Part shown: piece after piece, positions 1 to 12,315 of the stretch
Layout of the letters: each line of letters starts with the position of its first letter
Numbering within the stretch: the stretch's first letter is position 1
NCBI RefSeq assembly: GCF_001194135.2
Contig: NC_068996.1
Span: 10,729,556 to 10,770,557, forward strand
Source of the DNA: Octopus bimaculoides
Taxonomy: Eukaryota
Length of the DNA stretch: 41,002 nt
Direction: 5' to 3'
Notes under the pieces: model-generated
What the model was told of the DNA's origin: nothing
Databases searched by the model: none
Seen by the model: the letters and a program-made list of their open reading frames with translations, nothing else
Position numbers and translations under genes: made by a program

Positions 1-24
1 TGTGCATGTGTCAGCGTGTGTGTA

Positions 25-60
<36 letters not shown>

Positions 61-71
<11 letters not shown>

Positions 72-225
72 TCCGCCACCATCGCTTGACAACCAATGTT
101 GGTGTGTTTACATCCCCGTAACTTCGCGATAGAATAAGTACTAGGCTTACAAAGAATAAGTCCTGGGGTCGATCTGTTTGACTAAAGGTGGTCATCTAGC
201 ATGGCTGCAGTCAAATGACTGAAAC
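61..225 (+). mobile_element. 3' half of tRNA-derived CORE-like SINE (family B), with internal deletion
   Basis: catcgcttgacaacc...gtttacatccccgtaac...aataagtcctggggtcgat...agcatggctgcagtcaaatgactgaaac matches the copies at 24901-25085 and 29990-30164; preceded by the family's internal (TG)n. Confidence 0.9.
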
Positions 226-276
<51 letters not shown>

Positions 277-278
277 GC

Positions 279-339
<61 letters not shown>

Positions 340-369
340 GAGAGAGATAGATAGATAGANNNNNNNNNN

Positions 370-406
<37 letters not shown>

Positions 407-408
407 GT
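226..408. repeat. (GATA)n microsatellite (contains 10-N gap)
   Basis: direct reading. Confidence 0.98.
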
Positions 409-985
409 TCATGCATACATACACACATATATATGCATATATGTGCGTACGTGTTTGTGTGTGTGTGTGTGTGTGCGCGCGCGCGTGTCTACATATGTAT
501 ATATGTGTGCGTGGTTGTACGTGGCTGTGCGTGCATGAACACATAAGCGAACGAACATATATATACATATATACACATATTTCACGTGGATATGTATATG
601 TTTAAGTATATGTGTATTTAATATATCTATGTGAGTCCGTATGTGTATACATGTAGGTGAGCATATACATTCTTACACACGCAAATATATAATATTTATG
701 CATGTGTAAGAATATCGTTGTATAACTTCATCTGTTATAGGGTGTGTGTCTGTGTGTGTGTGCGCGCATAATTAGTATATGCGTATGAGATTGTTGGTGT
801 ATGCTCATGTATATTTTTTTGCGTTGCACTTATTCTGCTGTGTATGACGTGTAAATCGTAATTGGAACATATGTTACAACTAATGTTGTTTGTTATTTTT
901 TAATTTCCAACCAGGTCTTGACACTCAACGCGATTTTACAGACTTGAGCAAATTTCAATGATATACGTCAAAAAAAAAAAGCCCA

Positions 986-1027
<42 letters not shown>

Positions 1028-2169
1028 NNNNNNNNNNNNNNNNNNNNNNNNNNNNNNNNNNNNNNNNNNNNNNNNNNNNNNNNNNNNNNNNNNNNNNNNN
1101 NNNNNNNNNNNNNNNNNNNNNNNNNNNNNNNNNNNNNNNNNNNNNNNNNNNNNNNNNNNNNNNNNNNNNNNNNNNNNNNNNNNNNNNNNNNNNNNNNNNN
1201 NNNNNNNNNNNNNNNNNNNNNNNNNNNNNNNNNNNNNNNNNNNNNNNNNNNNNNNNNNNNNNNNNNNNNNNNNNNNNNNNNNNNNNNNNNNNNNNNNNNN
1301 NNNNNNNNNNNNNNNNNNNNNNNNNNNNNNNNNNNNNNNNNNNNNNNNNNNNNNNNNNNNNNNNNNNNNNNNNNNNNNNNNNNNNNNNNNNNNNNNNNNN
1401 NNNNNNNNNNNNNNNNNNNNNNNNNNNNNNNNNNNNNNNNNNNNNNNNNNNNNNNNNNNNNNNNNNNNNNNNNNNNNNNNNNNNNNNNNNNNNNNNNNNN
1501 NNNNNNNNNNNNNNNNNNNNNNNNNNNNNNNNNNNNNNNNNNNNNNNNNNNNNNNNNNNNNNNNNNNNNNNNNNNNNNNNNNNNNNNNNNNNNNNNNNNN
1601 NNNNNNNNNNNNNNNNNNNNNNNNNNNNNNNNNNNNNNNNNNNNNNNNNNNNNNNNNNNNNNNNNNNNNNNNNNNNNNNNNNNNNNNNNNNNNNNNNNNN
1701 NNNNNNNNNNNNNNNNNNNNNNNNNNNNNNNNNNNNNNNNNNNNNNNNNNNNNNNNNNNNNNNNNNNNNNNNNNNNNNNNNNNNNNNNNNNNNNNNNNNN
1801 NNNNNNNNNNNNNNNNNNNNNNNNNNNNNNNNNNNNNNNNNNNNNNNNNNNNNNNNNNNNNNNNNNNNNNNNNNNNNNNNNNNNNNNNNNNNNNNNNNNN
1901 NNNNNNNNCTGACAAAATTCTGTGCACGGAAATATTTTGACACAAATTAAATTTAAATGTTGAAGTGAATCTAACGGTTTTTGTGTGTTATTTTAAATGG
2001 CTTATAAACACCTTCCACGCTGCAATTGTTTTCGTTCCAGCACACGATCTCAGATCAGGTCACTTGCTATGCAAGTACATCTCCGCAATATATATATATA
2101 TATATATATATACATTTATAAAGGAAAGGAAAGGAAGGGCATAAGATTCAGGGACGGGTTGAATCTTAT

Positions 2170-2220
2170 ATCGTTAGCATGCTGGGCAAAATGCTTAGCG
2201 GTTTTTCGCCCGCCTTCACG
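2170..2220 (+). mobile_element. head fragment of Meta-like SINE (family A)
   Basis: tcgttagcatgctgggcaaaatgcttagcggtttttcgcccgcc matches the family A head at 5078-5125. Confidence 0.7.
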
Positions 2221-2401
2221 GGCTGCCCTGATGATGTAACCATGACTCTCCAGTGATCTGAGGAGTTAGCTTTCTTCATTTGCATTAATTAGTGAATATA
2301 CAATCATATTGTATAACGAACGCTAAAAGTACATATTAATGCAGACATGTGCGCATAATTTCTTGCATACTGAAATTAATACTGCATGAAGAAGGTTGAG
2401 A

Positions 2402-2470
2402 AACGGCTGCAATCGTATGGTTTGCTTCCGAAGCACATGGTTTAGGGTTCAGTCTCAGTGCGTGACACCT
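2402..2470 (+). mobile_element. 5' head fragment of SINE family B
   Basis: cacatggtttagggttcagtctcagtgcgtgacacct resembles cacatggttctgggttcagtcccactgcgtagcacct at 29812-29848. Confidence 0.65.
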
Positions 2471-3854
2471 ACAATCATATGATTTACTTCACCTTCGACT
2501 GTAAAAGCAACAATAAATCTAGCTGTTGTAGCATAATTCAATGTTGAGTGGTCTAAAGGGAGTGTAACTCTAATTTCTTTTTTTTATTTTTTTAAGTTTT
2601 TATTCAACCTTCTACTTTTTACATCAACCCTCGCGTTTTTTCTTTGTGATCTCTCATGTACCAGCGTCCTGATTTTCAAATTGTACAGACCATATGCTCA
2701 GGCTCTAAGGATTGCTTAAAGGTACAAAGCATGCTGTAAAAACCTGGTTAGGCACGTGTTTCCACAGCAAGAAACTATTATTAGCTCGTATCTTTACATT
2801 CTATGCATTAAATTAGACACATACACACACATAGAATAATGAGGTCGTCAGGATTTTGGATAATTCTTAATTAGCTCTTTCGTCTCATTCATCGAGACAT
2901 AACCAAATACAAGTTTTACAGAAAAATTCTTTGCTTTTTATACAAATCTGGATGAGGGTAATTTTTTGTTGCTATTTTGTTTTGTCATCAATATGTATGT
3001 GTATAGAGAAAAAGTGAAAAAGAAAAGAGGAATTATTTGTGTGGTGGTGGTGGTTTTTTAAATTTTGTTGGCAATATGACCATCCCCAAGTACAANNNNN
3101 NNNNNNNNNNNNNNNNNNNNNNNNNNNNNNNNNNNNNNNNNNNNNNNNNNNNNNNNNNNNNNNNNNNNNNNNNNNNNNNNNNNNNNNNNNNNNNNNNNNN
3201 NNNNNNNNNNNNNNNNNNNNNNNNNNNNNNNNNNNNNNNNNNNNNNNNNNNNNNNNNNNNNNNNNNNNNNNNNNNNNNNNNNNNNNNNNNNNNNNNNNNN
3301 NNNNNNNNNNNNNNNNNNNNNNNNNNNNNNNNNNNNNNNNNNNNNNNNNNNNNNNNNNNNNNNNNNNNNNNNNNNNNNNNNNNNNNNNNNNNNNNNNNNN
3401 NNNNNNNNNNNNNNNNNNNNNNNNNNNNNNNNNNNNNNNNNNNNNNNNNNNNNNNNNNNNNNNNNNNNNNNNNNNNNNNNNNNNNNNNNNNNNNNNNNNN
3501 NNNNNNNNNNNNNNNNNNNNNNNNNNNNNNNNNNNNNNNNNNNNNNNNNNNNNNNNNNNNNNNNNNNNNNNNNNNNNNNNNNNNNNNNNNNNNNNNNNNN
3601 NNNNNNNNNNNNNNNNNNNNNNNNNNNNNNNNNNNNNNNNNNNNNNNNNNNNNNNNNNNNNNNNNNNNNNNNNNNNNNNNNNNNNNNNNNNNNNNNNNNN
3701 NNNNNNNNNNNNNNNNNNNNNNNNNNNNNNNNNNNNNNNNNNNNNNNNNNNNNNNNNNNNNNNNNNNNNNNNNNNNNNNNNNNNNNNNNNNNNNNNNNNN
3801 NNNNNNNNNNNNNNNNNNNNNNNNNNNNNNNNNNNNNNNNNNNNTGGTGGTGGT

Positions 3855-3886
<32 letters not shown>

Positions 3887-4822
3887 TGGTAGTGGAAGTG
3901 CTGGCGAGATTTGCTGGTGGTGGATATTTTTCTAACTTCTTTGCCTCACGTATTATTGACTTGCTGCCGCTGCTGATGCTGATGCTACTACTACTACTGT
4001 GACTACTACTACTACTACGACTACTACTACTACTACTATACTGTTTTCACGGTTGATATTCCTGTTGTTGTTGTTGCCGATATTGCTGCTATTATTTTCG
4101 ATCATGTCTGAAGATCCGCGTAGGAAGTGTTGACTGGAAAATGCGATTTCACCTTCAAAAACCGCCTCTCACCTTCCCCTCTTCCTGGTTCGGCAACGAA
4201 AACAACGCCATTTCATATTTTTTTCCAATGCTTCAAATATAAATTTCGTTCTTTTAAAAATTTTGCCCCGTAGGCAAGCAAAAAGACAAAAAAAAACGGT
4301 TGATAATCCTCTCGTAGTTTTCATCAAGAAAGAAACAAGATAGAAGAATTAAATTAACCAAAACAGACTTGTACAATGGAAAACAAGGAACAAAGTCACG
4401 GAACTTTCAAAACAGGTTCAGGTTTGGTGATAAACAACAGTAGTAATAAAGACAATGTAGTAGGTGATGATGATGATGATGATGACTAACANNNNNNNNN
4501 NNNNNNNNNNNNNNNNNNNNNNNNNNNNNNNNNNNNNNNNNNNNNNNNNNNNNNNNNNNNNNNNNNNNNNNNNNNNNNNNNNNNNNNNNNNNNNNNNNNN
4601 NNNNNNNNNNNNNNNNNNNNNNNNNNNNNNNNNNNNNNNNNNNNNNNNNNNNNNNNNNNNNNNNNNNNNNNNNNNNNNNNNNNNNNNNNNNNNNNNNNNN
4701 NNNNNNNNNNNNNNNNNNNNNNNNNNNNNNNNNNNNNNNNNNNNNNNNNNNNNNNNNNNNNATGGTGGTGGTGGTGGTGGTGGTGGTGATGATGATGATG
4801 GTGATGATGATTGTGATGATGA

Positions 4823-5012
4823 TGGTTTCAAATTTTGCCACAAGGGCAGCAATTTTGGGGGAGGGGTGAGTCGATTATATCGACACTAGTGTTCCACTGG
4901 TACTTATTTTATCGAAGCCGAAAGGACGAAATGTAAAGTCGACCACGGCGGAATTTGAACTCAGAACGTGAAGATGGGTGAAATACAGCTAAGCATTTTG
5001 TCAACTTACCAC
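4823..5012 (-). mobile_element. Meta-like SINE (family A), tail type i, with (ATC)n tail
   Basis: reverse strand reads head, ttctgagttcaaattccgccgtggtcgac...tttcggcttcgataaaataagtacc (Meta-domain-like), then ...tggcaaaatttgaaacc. Confidence 0.88.
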
Positions 5013-5060
5013 CTTAGATAATGATAATAATTATATTCCTTATTATTACTATCATTGTTA

Positions 5061-5321
5061 AGATGGCAAACTTGCAGAAACGTTAGCACTGTGGGCAAAA
5101 TGCTTAGCAGTATTTCATCCGTCTTTAAGTTCTGAGTTCAAATTCCGCCGAGGTTGACTTTGCTTGTCATCCTTTCGGAACCGAAAGTACTAGTGAAGCA
5201 TTGAGTCGATATAATCGACTCCAAAAATGGCTGCCTTGATATAATCAACTCCAAAAATGGCTCCCCCAAAAGGGTTGCCCCTGGAGCAAAATTTGAAACC
5301 ATTATTGTTATCATCATTATC

Positions 5322-5370
<49 letters not shown>
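5061..5370 (+). mobile_element. Meta-like SINE (family A) with 30-bp internal duplication and (TAA)n tail
   Basis: gttagcactgtgggcaaaatgcttagc, B-box-like gagttcaaattcc, gaggttgactttgcttgtcatcctttcgg, ...aaatttgaaacc then (TAA)n; gatataatc(g/a)actccaaaaatggct repeated at 5208 and 5238. Confidence 0.9.
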
Positions 5371-5371
<1 letters not shown>

Positions 5372-5575
5372 CCTTTCTACTGTAGGCATAAAGCCTGAAA
5401 TTTGGGGAGAGGGTCCCGGTCGATTAGATCGAACCCAGTACGCAACTGGTACTTAATCGACTCCAAAAGGATGAAAGGCAAAGTCTATCTCGGCGGAATT
5501 TGAACTGAGAACGCAACGTCGGGCGAAATACCGCTAAGCACTTCGTCCAGCGTGCTAACGATTCTGCCAGCTCAC
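5371..5575 (-). mobile_element. Meta-like SINE (family A), tail type ii
   Basis: same head and body; 3' end on its own strand is ...aaatttcaggctttatgcctacagtagaaagga. Confidence 0.9.
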
Positions 5576-5600
5576 ATTCTTAACAATAATAATAATAATA

Positions 5601-5757
5601 ATTTCACATTTTGGCACAAGGCCATTTGACACCAGTGTTCATCAACCCCGAAAGGATGAATGGCAAAGTCGACCTCGGTGGAACTTGAACTCAACGTAGC
5701 GACGGGCAAAATACCGCTAAGCATTTTTCCCGGCGTACTAACGACTCTGCCAGCTTA
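5601..5757 (-). mobile_element. Meta-like SINE (family A), internally deleted
   Basis: ttggcacaaggcc...ccccgaaaggatgaatggcaaagtcgacctcgg...ataccgctaagcatt...aacgactctgccagct. Confidence 0.88.
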
Positions 5758-5822
5758 TTGCTTTACAGAGCATAAAGACGAACGAAATACCGCTAAGCAT
5801 TTTAGTACCAACCTTTAACAAA

Positions 5823-5910
5823 AGTACCAAGCTTTAGCAAAAAATAAGAATTGGGGTCGATTCGTTGGACTAAATTTCTTCAAGGCGATGCCCCAGCATG
5901 GCCGCAATCT
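5823..5910 (+). mobile_element. 3' fragment of family B-related SINE
   Basis: aataagaattggggtcgattcgttggactaa...aaggcgatgccccagcatggccgcaatc. Confidence 0.7.
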
Positions 5911-6591
5911 CAAGAAAAAGAAACGATAGATATTCCCAACATACACATGCGAAAATGCACATTTACCGAATCAACAGCTCTCGTTGGCATTTGCCGATGC
6001 CATTACAAACTATATAAGCGCATTCGTACATAATTCAACTTCGTCATTGACTTGCATTTTGTTGTATTGCAGTTTTTATTGTTGTTATTTTTTTTTAATG
6101 TATGTTGGTGCGGTGGTAGAAGTTTTAATTGAAATTGCTTTTGTTTTTTTATTTTGGGGTCGGGGCGAACGTTGAATTTCCAATTGACCCAGTAAATTAT
6201 AAAGACTGAATATGTGCAAGCATTAATTTCCTTTATTTCAGAAAGTGTACGGTTGGTTTGCTTTACTGTTTAATATATTCATATATGGAGTTAAGCCAGA
6301 AAGCGAGGCAGAGAGAGAGAGGGGGGAGCGAGAGACGACTAGAGAGAGAGTGATGTGTATTCGCTATTAATGCGCATTGGAGCGACCTTCTTAGAATGGT
6401 AGCATTGGTGTAATTGATGTTGAGCCTAATTAGCTGTAAAATGATTTAAGTCTGTAAGGAAGAACAAATGGTGTGGTATTGGTTAAGAAATTCCAGATGG
6501 TCTGTTTTGCGGTTTTTGAGAAATATTGGACTTACCCGGGGTCCGTGTTTGGTTCGGAGCCTTTGGACATATTTAATTAACATGCATGCAC

Positions 6592-6627
<36 letters not shown>

Positions 6628-6807
6628 NNNNNNNNNNNNNNNNNNNNNNNNNNNNNNNNNNNNNNNNNNNNNNNNNNNNNNNNNNNNNNNNNNNNNNNNN
6701 NNNNNNNNNNNNNNNNNNNNNNNNNNNNNNNNNNNNNNNNNNNNNNNNNNNNNNNNNNNNNNNNNNNNNNNNNNNNNNNNNNNNNNNNNNNNNNNNNNNN
6801 NNNNNNN

Positions 6808-6845
<38 letters not shown>

Positions 6846-8072
6846 CATGTAGATATATGTGTAGATGTAAATATGTATGTGTCAAAATATGTATATATAC
6901 ATAAGGACGTATATATGTATATATATATATATATGTATGTGTGTGTGCGTGCGCGCATAACGTTACATGTACAAGTGCGCCAGTCAAAAGCATATCTTAA
7001 TTAGTACAAATTTAAGGTTAATTGTATTCTAATGTGATCTGTAAAATATTTCATGTTTTGTAAGCTACGACATTTCGTTATGTATTTCACAATTTTCTTT
7101 CTTCTCTCCTCACAACAATGAGAGAAAAAGAATAAGCCAGCTACTCAGCTCAAAGCGTGGAACCTATAACCTCTAGCAGTGATCGTTTGAGCTTTGAAAG
7201 ACCACGAAAATTGTCTACTTAGCTGAAAGCATCTTTTCCCAAGAAGCTAACTTCAGGCTCCTGAAAGTTCTTAAATTCTTAATATATTAGCGTGTTCATT
7301 ATCAACCAAGAATACATTCCGGTATAAACGATAATATCCCGTCGGATTTGTTCTACCAAGAAAATGAAAATGTTGCCAGAGTTATTCAAAGGAAGAAAAA
7401 ATATTGGAAAACCTTAGAAAATCCTTTGCCAGTCCGGGGTGTTACATATTTCCATGCCACCCATGCCATCCATATATAACACATATTCACAACTTCTTTT
7501 CCCGCCATCTGAGTAATTTGGACTCATGAAAGGAAAGCTATATATTGCTCAGAACTTTATATTACTCATATTACCATGAAACAAGGATTAACTAAAAGTC
7601 AAGGAACAAGTATGGGCGTTTAGAACAAATTTATGAAAATGCTCTGGATAGGCACAAGGTTACAGAACAAGAATTTTAGGTGTAAAGCAGCCGTTCATAA
7701 ATCGCCTAAGCTACAACACATATATACAAATGCAATTATAGTCATCATATGATAAAGAGAATGGTAACAGAAGAAAAAATGTTTGTTGTAGAAGAAAGAC
7801 ATGCAGGAGATTGAGAGTTTTACACAGTTTCTTTTATGTTATAACAATTTTTCGCTTATATTGTAGCACTTCTCTTATATATGTGTGTGTCTATGTGCGT
7901 GGTGTGTGTGTATATTTATGTATGTATGTATGTATTTCGCTTAGGCATAGTACAATGTTTGTTGTTTTGATTCTGAAGTGGATTTAATATGTGAGTGTGG
8001 TTGAGACTGGTCCTTTTGCTAGAAATAACAGTCCAAATTAACTTTCTGTCACAAATATGAAACTAATAAGAC

Positions 8073-8400
8073 GGTAAAGACCCCCTGCAGTCGTGAATGA
8101 CTATGGGATTACGTCTAGAAAGTTAACCTCCGAGGCACAAGTCCGAGCAAGGTTGTCTATGGAAGACCAGCAGTCGCCCATGCATACGGGCCTCCTCTCT
8201 CTTCCCCACCGATGTTGTCCAAAGGCCGATACAGCTTGATACCAGTGACGTCACAACTCATTTCTAAAGCTGAGTGAACTCGAGCAACGTGAAAAAGTGT
8301 CTTGCTCAAGAACACAACACACACCCCGATCCAGGAATCGAACTCACTACCTCACAGTTGTAAGCTCGACGTTGCAACCCACTGAGTCATGCACCTCCAC
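8073..8400 (-). mobile_element. tRNA-derived SINE (head C, CORE-like segment, body 1)
   Basis: reverse strand begins gtggaggtgcatgactcagtgg (A box) ... gagttcgattcc (B box) ... tgtgttcttgagcaagacact...ttcacgttgctcgagttcactcagct, shared with 13183-13440. Confidence 0.88.
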
Positions 8401-8704
8401 TAGTATGTGAAACTAAAATATGTTACAATAAAGAAATAAAATGGAGCTGTGGAGACGTCTTTACAAGAAAACGCGTGTCAAGACTTGATTTAAGAAGGAA
8501 GAGCTAGTTCATGCCGTTATTGCATATAACTCTGTCAGGCACTAAATATTCGAATTCTTTCAGTAGAGGTTTTGTAAAATAGCATTTACATCATTCTCAC
8601 AAATGTCAGCTTATTGACTGCAGCTGCCCTTCCAGGTGGGAAAATAACTCATTGATGTATGGAAATACTTTATTTGTGTGAAGATATATTATAATATAAT
8701 AATT

Positions 8705-8904
8705 ATTTCAATTTTTTTCCACAAGGACAGCTTGAGGTGAGTCGATTACATCGACTCCAATTTTCAACTGGTACTTATTTTATCGACCTCGAAAGGATGA
8801 AAGACAAAGTTGACCTCGGCGGAATTTGAACTCAGAACATAACGATGGGCGAAATACCGCTAAGCATTCCTTCCAGCGTGCTAACGATTCTGCCAGCTCG
8901 CTGC
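8705..8904 (-). mobile_element. Meta-like SINE (family A)
   Basis: ggtacttattttatcgacctcgaaaggatgaaagacaaagttgacctcggcggaatttgaactcagaac...gctaacgattctgccagctcgc. Confidence 0.92.
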
Positions 8905-9259
8905 TTTATACTGTAATATAACAACAGTGATTCGCTCGAAGATGAGCAGCTGTAAGTGTGATATTTTTTGCCACGTGCAATAACTTTACCGTCATAACTG
9001 TCGCAGCTTCTGCAAATATATATCACACACATTTCGAGAAGTCAGCATTACAAACCCATCTAGGGATCGAAACATATGCTGATAATTCGCTTCCCGATGC
9101 TCCTCTCACTCGCATATGGTAAAATTATCGTTAAAAAATTACCATATTAAATCGATGTTAAAATACGGGGTTCGTGATTTTTTAAACAGCCTACAAGTAG
9201 TTTGGCGGCCTGAGGCATTGAGAAAATATGCATTAATCGCATAATCTTTTTTTAATAAT

Positions 9260-9336
9260 GATTTTAAACTTTTGCATAAGACCATCAATTTCGGGGAAGG
9301 GGACAAGTCGATTACATCAACCCCAGCATTTGACTG
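9260..9336 (-). mobile_element. 3' fragment of family A SINE
   Basis: ttttgcataagacc...ggggaaggggacaagtcgattacatcaaccccag. Confidence 0.7.
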
Positions 9337-9890
9337 AAAGTGATGCAGTTAGGTTAATATGATTAATAGAATATGAAGGGTACATGGGATATATGAGGAT
9401 TAGTGGGATTATTGGTATTAGTAGGGTTAGTAGTGTCCTGTTTAAGTTGTGCGTTCATGTTAAGTTGTGGGTGATATTTATTAATGAAAGTTGCCACTTT
9501 TTTTTAGCCTTTACTGCACTGAGGTGTTCTGAGAACATTTAGAAAAAGGGAAAATTAGGAAGTTTGGTTTAAGGTTCGTAGCACATCTATCTATGTGCTC
9601 AGTGACCTGTATTTGTCTATATTCTAGAAGCGGATTTGTTCTTTGTGGAGTGTTGTTCTTCGTCTGAGGGACATTCGTGTTTGGCATATATAGTGGTTTC
9701 CGCAATCTAAGCAGGTAATAACACGGGTTAAGTTTTAAAAGGCACAAGTAAATTTGACTTCATCTTAAATGTTTCACCTTGTTTGAAATGAAATTTTGTA
9801 ACCTCTAAATGGTGGAGACATGTGCCACATTTAGACCACCTGTATTTTTCCAATTTTGGTTCCGTTAATGGATATAGTCTGGCAGCAATT
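9337..9890 (-). mobile_element. Penelope-like element fragment: degenerate GIY-YIG endonuclease plus 3' end
   Basis: manual translation across frameshifts: SKCGTC..FKMKSN/FTCAF*NLTRVITCLDCGNHYICQTRMSLRRRTTLHKEQIR/EYRQIQVTEHIDRC..PNFLIFPFSKC../FINKYHPQLN, the typical PLE GIY-YIG pattern (C..C, YIGQT, R..H, P.LN). Confidence 0.85.
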
Positions 9891-10036
9891 TCCTCGTCAT
9901 CTTACTCAAACCAATTTTAAAATATGCTAAAAGCTTCATCAGGACTGATTTAGACATGCTTAAGCACCTCCCGAAAACAATAATTGAAGAAACCCTTTTA
10001 GTATCTTTTAGTATCTTTAGAACACGCCAAATAATG

Positions 10037-10170
10037 AACTAGAAAAGCACTCAGAGAGCGCAGACCTCTGTCAAGCAGCTAATTTCCATCCATATTCACG
10101 CATGCTGAAAATCACCTTATTTCCTAAACCAACGCCGCCAAAAACATAACCTCTGTGGCGGGGGTTAAAA
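10037..10170 (-). mobile_element. miniature non-autonomous Helentron/HINE (DINE-1-like) element
   Basis: aactagaaaagcactcagagagcgcagacctctgtcaag at one end (stem-loop gcactc-aga-gagcgc plus subTIR) and aaaacataacctctgtggcgggggtt at the other (degenerate complementary subTIR with partial IR). Confidence 0.6.
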
Positions 10171-11602
10171 AAATAACACAGCTATATGATTTTTAAAAAA
10201 ACCTAACCCTAGCCTTACCAAACTAAACCTACCTGCCTACTTTACATCCCTGTGTGGTCAGTATAGTATCAATCATCCCTCAAGGGTCCAGCATCAGTTG
10301 TTGCTACCACTCCCTCCCCTCCTCTGCTGCTGCTTTTAGCAACCCTTAAATATGTTAGTGTCATTTAATTTCGGAACTGTTTCGCTGCCGTTTGTTTATG
10401 TAGTTTGATCTCTTTATCCATCAGTTTCTAGTAAGATAGATACGTAAGTAAAATTACTAATAGAGAAACGAAAATAAAACTTTGGAAGCAGCAATGCCAC
10501 CATAGGTTACGTGAAAACCATGAATGTTTCAGATAATCAGAGAAAGGCTTAAAACAACGTAACATTGTAATACTTTATGTAAAGTAAATATAACAAATNN
10601 NNNNNNNNNNNNNNNNNNNNNNNNNNNNNNNNNNNNNNNNNNNNNNNNNNNNNNNNNNNNNNNNNNNNNNNNNNNNNNNNNNNNNNNNNNNNNNNNNNNN
10701 NNNNNNNNNNNNNNNNNNNNNNNNNNNNNNNNNNNNNNNNNNNNNNNNNNNNNNNNNNNNNNNNNNNNNNNNNNNNNNNNNNNNNNNNNNNNNNNNNNNN
10801 NNNNNNNNNNNNNNNNNNNNNNNNNNNNNNNNNNNNNNNNNNNNNNNNNNNNNNNNNNNNNNNNNNNNNNNNNNNNNNNNNNNNNNNNNNNNNNNNNNNN
10901 NNNNNNNNNNNNNNNNNNNNNNNNNNNNNNNNNNNNNNNNNNNNNNNNNNNNNNNNNNNNNNNNNNNNNNNNNNNNNNNNNNNNNNNNNNNNNNNNNNNN
11001 NNNNNNNNNNNNNNNNNNNNNNNNNNNNNNNNNNNNNNNNNNNNNNNNNNNNNNNNNNNNNNNNNNNNNNNNNNNNNNNNNNNNNNNNNNNNNNNNNNNN
11101 NNNNNNNNNNNNNNNNNNNNNNNNNNNNNNNNNNNNNNNNNNNNNNNNNNNNNNNNNNNNNNNNNNNNNNNNNNNNNNNNNNNNNNNNNNNNNNNNNNNN
11201 NNNNNNNNNNNNNNNNNNNNNNNNNNNNNNNNNNNNNNNNNNNNNNNNNNNNNNNNNNNNNNNNNNNNNNNNNNNNNNNNNNNNNNNNNNNNNNNNNNNN
11301 NNNNNNNNNNNNNNNNNNNNNNNNNNNNNNNNNNNNNNNNNNNNNNNNNNNNNNNNNNNNNNNNNNNNNNNNNNNNNNNNNNNNNNNNNNNNNNNNNNNN
11401 NNNNNNNNNNNNNNNNNNNNNNNNNNNNNNNNNNNNNNNNNNNNNNNNNNNNNNNNNNNNNNATATATATATATATACATATATATACATGTATATATAT
11501 ATACATATATATGTACATGTATATGATGTATATATGCTTGTGTAAGCATATAATTATATATGTATAAATACATACAGACATATATACACATATGCATTTA
11601 TT

Positions 11603-11650
<48 letters not shown>

Positions 11651-12149
11651 GTATTTATATATATATATACGTCTGTATATGATATATATATGTATATACA
11701 GACATATATGCATACATATATATATACAGATATACATATGTATACACACTGACACACAAACACACACACACACACACACGCACACATACACACACACATC
11801 AAGACTTTGAACGCAAGTAATAGGAATTTAACTGCACAATCTGGAACTCTCTGCTGATCTGTCCTCCACTCGACGCAGAGCATTATTATCATCCCCAACG
11901 TTATCCAGTTTCCTTCCATTATATATAATTTATATAACCACAAATGACTGTGACCTTTTTGAACTGAATGCCATTAATATAAATATAAATACAATTTCTC
12001 ATAATACATAAACAATTTTCCTTTAAATAAAGTTCCGCTGTACTTAAGAATCAACGAATCCAAATGCTCATCTGCAAATATAGAATAATTGTGTCATGAT
12101 GGTAGTAGCGCACGATGTTTGCGTCCTCGGAGAAAAGTGCCATGCAATA

Positions 12150-12315
12150 TTAACTTACGGCTTTTCAACTTCTGAGTTCAAATCCCGACGAGAACTGCTT
12201 CGCCTTGTCGCTTATCTTGGTCGATTTGACAAAGTACCGCTCAAGTTCAGGGATCGATTGTATTGAGTAAAACCCTCTTATGAAAAATACTGAGTTTGTA
12301 CACAAATTAAGAATC
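12150..12315 (+). mobile_element. old degenerate family A SINE
   Basis: ttctgagttcaaatccc...ttggtcgatttgacaaagtacc...gatcgattgtattgag. Confidence 0.55.

Noticed and set aside
2228-2262. TGATGA...CTGA (C/D-box snoRNA-like) and hammerhead-like CTGATGA
   Set aside because: Boxes are only about 25 nt apart with no terminal stem; no stem II/GAAA for a hammerhead.
9900-9945. Minus-strand CTGATGA near the Penelope fragment
   Set aside because: No GAAA after a stem II; at most a decayed remnant.
10200-10230. cctaaccctagcc telomere-like motif
   Set aside because: Only one or two degenerate units; not a telomeric array.
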